A DNA stretch of 52,070 nucleotides, taken from positions 1-52,070 of the forward strand of contig PFRW01000050.1 of NCBI GenBank assembly GCA_002788755.1, given 5' to 3'. Below are positions 49,301 through 52,070 of this stretch, one piece after another (within the stretch, counting starts at the first letter, position 1; every line of letters begins with the position of its first letter). The notes under the pieces are model-generated. The model searched no databases, was not told where the DNA came from, and worked only from the letters and a program-made list of their open reading frames with translations. Both the position numbers and the translations under genes were made by a program. The DNA is from Candidatus Peregrinibacteria bacterium CG_4_9_14_0_2_um_filter_41_14. Lineage in GTDB: Bacteria; Patescibacteriota; Gracilibacteria; UBA1369; UM-FILTER-41-14.

Positions 49301-51093
49301 CTGTGGCCGTTGGCCGTGGTGACGCAATTATTCCGGTTGTGGAAATTGACTATAATGGGGTTACATACCACTTGGATGATACCTTACCGGTAATAAGCCG
49401 TAATCAATCCGTAAAATTTAGTGCCGGAAAATCATTAAACAGTAATGGCACAAAAACGGGTCTGGAATATAGTTGGAACTTTGGAGATGGGCGCTTTGCC
49501 GATGGCGCAGCGGCCACTCATACATTTACGGACTTGGCACCAAATCCACCCGGATACTTTGAAGTAACACTGCAAGCGGGCAATAGCCTTGGTCAAAGTG
49601 AAACTATTAATTTTAACTTAAAAGTAGCCAGTGTGCCGCCGGTTATTAAAGATATTGTAGTAACGCCTCTTGTCGAAAATCCGGTGACACCATTTAATGT
49701 GCGTGTAGAAGCACAAGGTGCTGCCGATCCCGATGGATCAATTAAAGAATACCGTTTCTATTATTTTTCTGTTTTAGATCCGGGGCGCATCTTAGGAACT
49801 AAAATTGTGAAAGACCCCACAGCCGAGTTAGAAGTAGATACCTTTGGCGTTGAAGGTGACCGTAATGAATTCGCTTTTTGTGTCGATATTAAAGATAACG
49901 AAGGCAACACAGTTAACTGCCAAGAACGCTTTAAATTGGAAGACCTACCAAAACTAACTGCCACAAACGGCAAAAATGATCCGCCGGTTGCAAGTTTTGT
50001 TGTTGATCGAACCAATGTATTTGTTGGTGAAGAGATCAATTTTAGTAGTACTTCGTCAGATCCCGACGGTGAGATTGTTAGTTATCAATGGGATATTGAC
50101 GGTGATGGTAGTTTTGCCAACGATGAGCCAAAAACACAAAGTGCACTCGTACAAACATATACTCGTCGATCTGCAGAAACAGGTTATCGTGTGCGTCTCA
50201 AAGTTGTTGACGACAAGGGTGCGACTGCAATTTCGGAACCGGTAACAGTCTTTGTAGATAGTATCTTAAAGGCACCAACTGCCGCATTTACAACTAAAAT
50301 AACAAATAGCAAAGTTGATTTTGTGAATAATTCTCGTGCCGATACAAGTAAGGGTGGTGAGCTGGTCGTTAATAATTGGGATTTTGATTTGAGCCGTGAT
50401 AGCGATGGTGATGGCGACAAAACAAATGATGTTGATGCCACCGGTGCGACGCCAAGCCATACTTATGTTGAGGCTGGCACATATCAAGCTAAACTAGCGA
50501 TTGCCGATAATGAAGGCACTGAAGATAGCGTGATTAACACAATTATCATTACCAATGTATCCGCAGCAGGCCCAGCCATTAATAATGGTAAAAGCGCAGC
50601 AGGTTTAAGAGCGGTACTTGATACTGAACCGGCAATTGACCCGGTAACAGATACAATCTACCTGGAAGGTGCCGAAGCCAATGTTACTTTCTTTTTTGAT
50701 GCCAGTTTAGGTGACATTAAAAGTTATATTATTGATCGAAATATCTTCTTTGACACTAATGGTGGTCAACCAAATACGCCTGGTGATGGCATTCGCAATA
50801 ATGATGCTGACTTTATAACGCAAAATCCCCTAGTTCCTTACACAAGTAATTTCCGTCCGGAATGGGAACCTGTTGAAGTTCAGCTAACAGTTGTAGATGC
50901 TAATGGCAATGTTAGCCAAGATCGCGTTAAGGTAACATTTGCTAAACCGGGGCTAGGGCGAGCCACATTAAGTAATGTAAGTAGCACGATGCTAATAATC
51001 ATTCTTGCGATAGTAGGTGGACTTGGTGTATTATTATATGTTGGGTCTTTACTACTTTACCGGCCGAAACGCGGCAAACGTAAATTAAATTAA
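46342..51093 (+). CDS. giant surface protein (1583 aa): signal peptide, one pilin-hairpin module, helical region, about 10 PKD-like domains, C-terminal TM anchor
   Basis: GAGGA Shine-Dalgarno site 5 nt upstream. The module at aa ~83-152 reads FIKSIVNFALSFLGLIALVIVIYGGFLYVTDAGAGEQSEKGKKAIMYAIIGILIILSSFAIVNTVL. PKD signatures recur (YEWDLDGDG, YSWDFGDR, YSWNFGDG, YQWDIDGDG, ...GTY.V.L.V.D..G). The C-terminus is MLIIILAIVGGLGVLLYVGSLLLY followed by RPKRGKRKLN. Confidence 0.85.
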   Translation: MRKLLSLIGKFLTGAILATMLMVAFGGTEIVAAQDLCGSISGDFGGFIDCNDQITSFTQFSGGLEPVAATGLDPNLTRTDNARDFIKSIVNFALSFLGLIALVIVIYGGFLYVTDAGAGEQSEKGKKAIMYAIIGILIILSSFAIVNTVLKAPGDIGTSGQPGGPGQTNVQQLANYNSAAEQTKDATLEFIRAYENYFNQSVLLQKIMTYKADKLTTRQDIIDYLQFVRRNLADLERRNGTSEGTANLSQASLAARITIDNVVDPSLQLMEDTIQAETTEEAYVKAYRNGIGSFIDDSRKLVDDVVEGVSSAGTAIKSVFTGGDAGLNKRAEDINCYLPPEFRAADRSFDCKGALESTKTNKGSDIIDSVNAYIEDIVIKNGINVDYNDRLEVIVNSTRDIQDNLLNFGTVQVTPEVDRTFTEVINLLGDARAENIAYQINVGPNEFGSNPNVTASEAFQRTAVVRDLLLKFNDLYELLNNIDFVAAFVTATATRGNAPLVVQFDGSGSYDPADQSLTDENYEWDLDGDGQFGRINPDNVMDCKEEKHAVVTCTYKQPGSYRVALRVTSNRPEQIAPGLAYITVSVQEPVAKIDLKTVIDSEEIVVRSYNASGFIERDIDEVRVTLNEASAGEGMVFDARGTALNSEGKQIVRYSWDFGDRTAKLTGSEQEAGRVAHVYTQNGTYSVVLEVEDETGNKDRKIFRVVVTSLAANLRVSEFRGDLNTEFTFDAGRSKSDGGQITQYNWSIAGVDDLDAENAPTLKHRFESPGTYTVTVQIQDSAGNADTVSTEVLVESQTPKAFFTVEFIPSQPSTVILDASNSYDPDEGDVLSFQWTVFNAREGTDFEVLSGKLKGPRADAEKLKLKFNKQRNYVVELKVADQYEDDRLRKETSLQADVNIQSLVDVTIGTDHQQAAILRDGKADVTLHFVSDFAKTIEVDFGDQSQEAGAFTNGSFKVNHTYTQSGLYRVVAHAFGPEGDENSVTTTVAVGRGDAIIPVVEIDYNGVTYHLDDTLPVISRNQSVKFSAGKSLNSNGTKTGLEYSWNFGDGRFADGAAATHTFTDLAPNPPGYFEVTLQAGNSLGQSETINFNLKVASVPPVIKDIVVTPLVENPVTPFNVRVEAQGAADPDGSIKEYRFYYFSVLDPGRILGTKIVKDPTAELEVDTFGVEGDRNEFAFCVDIKDNEGNTVNCQERFKLEDLPKLTATNGKNDPPVASFVVDRTNVFVGEEINFSSTSSDPDGEIVSYQWDIDGDGSFANDEPKTQSALVQTYTRRSAETGYRVRLKVVDDKGATAISEPVTVFVDSILKAPTAAFTTKITNSKVDFVNNSRADTSKGGELVVNNWDFDLSRDSDGDGDKTNDVDATGATPSHTYVEAGTYQAKLAIADNEGTEDSVINTIIITNVSAAGPAINNGKSAAGLRAVLDTEPAIDPVTDTIYLEGAEANVTFFFDASLGDIKSYIIDRNIFFDTNGGQPNTPGDGIRNNDADFITQNPLVPYTSNFRPEWEPVEVQLTVVDANGNVSQDRVKVTFAKPGLGRATLSNVSSTMLIIILAIVGGLGVLLYVGSLLLYRPKRGKRKLN

Positions 51094-51103
51094 CCTTTCT
51101 ACT

Positions 51104-52070
51104 ATGGATGAAGATACAAATACCAATTCAAATCAACAACCGATCGAACCGGAAATGATTGATGTGCGTGAAACCCCTCAATATAAGGAGTATGAAGCGC
51201 AACAAGTAGCTGGCTCCGGATTATTGTTTGAAGACAACCCCGCTTTAAAGATGCAAGGCAATGTAAGTGCCGTGCCGGATGAGACTGTTGAAGAGGCTGT
51301 GGCTGCCGTGGAACAAATGGCTCCCGTGGAACCTGTGGAACCTGTGTCTCCCGAGCAACCCGTGGCTGCCGAGCAACCCGTGGTCACCGAGCAACCCGTG
51401 GCTCCCGTGGAACAAATGGCTCCCGTGGAACCTGTGTCTCCCGAACAACCCGTGGCTCCCGAGCAACCCGTGGCTGCCGAGCAACCCGTGGTCACCGAGC
51501 AACCCGTGGCTCCCGAACAACCCGTGGCTCCCGTGGAACAAATGGCTCCCGTGGAACCTGTGTCTCCCGAACAACCCGTGGCTCCCGAGCAACCCGTGGT
51601 CACCGAGCAACCTGTGGCTCCCGAACAACCCGTGGCTCCCGTGGAACAAATGGCTCCCGTGGAACCTGTGTCTCCCGAGCAACCTGTGGCTCCCGAGCAA
51701 CCTGTGGTCACCGAGCAACCTGTGTCTCCCGAACAACCCGTGGCTCCCGTGGAACAAATGGCTCCCGAACAACCTGTGTCTCCCGAACAACCTGTGTCTC
51801 CCGTGGAACAAATGGCTCCCGTGGAACCTGTGTCTCCCGAGCAACCCGTGGCTCCCGAGCAACCTGTGGTCACCGAGCAACCTGTGTCTCCCGAACAACC
51901 CGTGGCTCCCGTGGAACAAATGGCTCCCGTGGAACCTGTGTCTCCCGAGCAACCCGTGGCTGCCGAGCAACCCTTGGCTCCCGTCGTTCATCAGCATAAA
52001 AAAGGGCACCTACTTGGTATTATGCTGGGTCTAATTGCGGTTTTTGCGATTTTGGGAATTGGCTTTTCGG
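51104..52070 (+). CDS. repeat-rich membrane protein, partial (continues beyond the window): acidic N-terminus, about 38 V-A-P-E-Q-P-type hexapeptides, TM helix
   Basis: Not in the ORF track because there is no stop before the window end. My translation from the ATG at 51104 is MDEDTNTNSNQQPIEPEMIDVRETPQYKEYEAQQ...VEQMAPVEPVSPEQPVAPEQPVVTEQP...HQHKKGHLLGIMLGLIAVFAILGIGFS. Differences between units fall mainly at third positions of this frame (GAG/GAA, CCC/CCT). Confidence 0.75.
   Translation, partial: MDEDTNTNSNQQPIEPEMIDVRETPQYKEYEAQQVAGSGLLFEDNPALKMQGNVSAVPDETVEEAVAAVEQMAPVEPVEPVSPEQPVAAEQPVVTEQPVAPVEQMAPVEPVSPEQPVAPEQPVAAEQPVVTEQPVAPEQPVAPVEQMAPVEPVSPEQPVAPEQPVVTEQPVAPEQPVAPVEQMAPVEPVSPEQPVAPEQPVVTEQPVSPEQPVAPVEQMAPEQPVSPEQPVSPVEQMAPVEPVSPEQPVAPEQPVVTEQPVSPEQPVAPVEQMAPVEPVSPEQPVAAEQPLAPVVHQHKKGHLLGIMLGLIAVFAILGIGFS
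51299..51991 (+). repeat. in-frame 18-nt tandem repeat array with higher-order units of 54-126 nt
   Basis: The basic unit is GTGGCTCCCGAGCAACCC and variants (GTGTCTCCC..., GTGGTCACC..., ATGGCTCCCGTGGAACCT). I counted about 38 units plus one 9-nt half unit at 51335-51343. Super-repeat blocks starting at each GTGTCTCCC are 90, 126, 108, 108, 54, 108 and 54 nt. Confidence 0.9.

Noticed and set aside
51299-51991. Periodic repeats that might suggest a CRISPR array
   Set aside because: The units are 18 nt, directly abutting and in frame, with no unique spacers. No cas genes are present. This is a coding tandem repeat.
51178-52034. Three long ORFs in the track across the repeat array: 51178-51873 (-), 51245-52009 (-) and 51267-52034 (+)
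   Set aside because: They are stop-free only because the 18-nt repeat is stop-free in four frames. Their products are implausible (TGCSG..., HGLLGSHRF..., LPWNKWLPWN...). Unit-to-unit substitutions are synonymous in the 51104 frame and not in these frames.

Overview
The window is a gene-dense chromosomal segment with standard-code ORFs, many 4-nt gene overlaps and few Shine-Dalgarno sites. By eye it is moderately AT-rich. I infer, without proof, that it comes from a small-genome CPR/Patescibacteria-like bacterium. The backbone is housekeeping. It includes prmC-prfA, rpsU, gyrB, gyrA, rpmE, tgt, ruvA, tRNA-Val(TAC), tRNA-Leu(GAG) and htrA. It also carries a one-carbon/purine block (glyA, purD, purF, folD, plus MTHFS elsewhere), a Tmk-like kinase, dut, and an interrupted secE-nusG-[3 inserted genes]-rplK-rplA cluster. 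Accessory content stands out in four places. (1) At 44.3-52.1 kb a same-strand locus reuses one VirB2/TrbC-type 'pilin hairpin' module seven times: three copies in each of two polytopic proteins and one at the N-terminus of a 1583-aa protein with about ten PKD domains. This is followed by a gene that is absent from the ORF track and made of about 38 in-frame 18-nt repeats (consensus VAPEQP). (2) An orphan VirB4-family ATPase lies 33 kb from that locus. (3) An AT-rich 966-aa orphan protein has no signal peptide or TM helix. (4) A lone family-5 solute-binding lipoprotein sits directly upstream of a HAMP-PP2C membrane phosphatase. I found no rRNA, CRISPR array, transposase, integrase or reverse transcriptase. 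All functional calls rest on motifs I recognise in the translations, and no database search was possible. My best candidate for an undescribed system is the pilin-module/PKD locus, possibly working with the distant VirB4.
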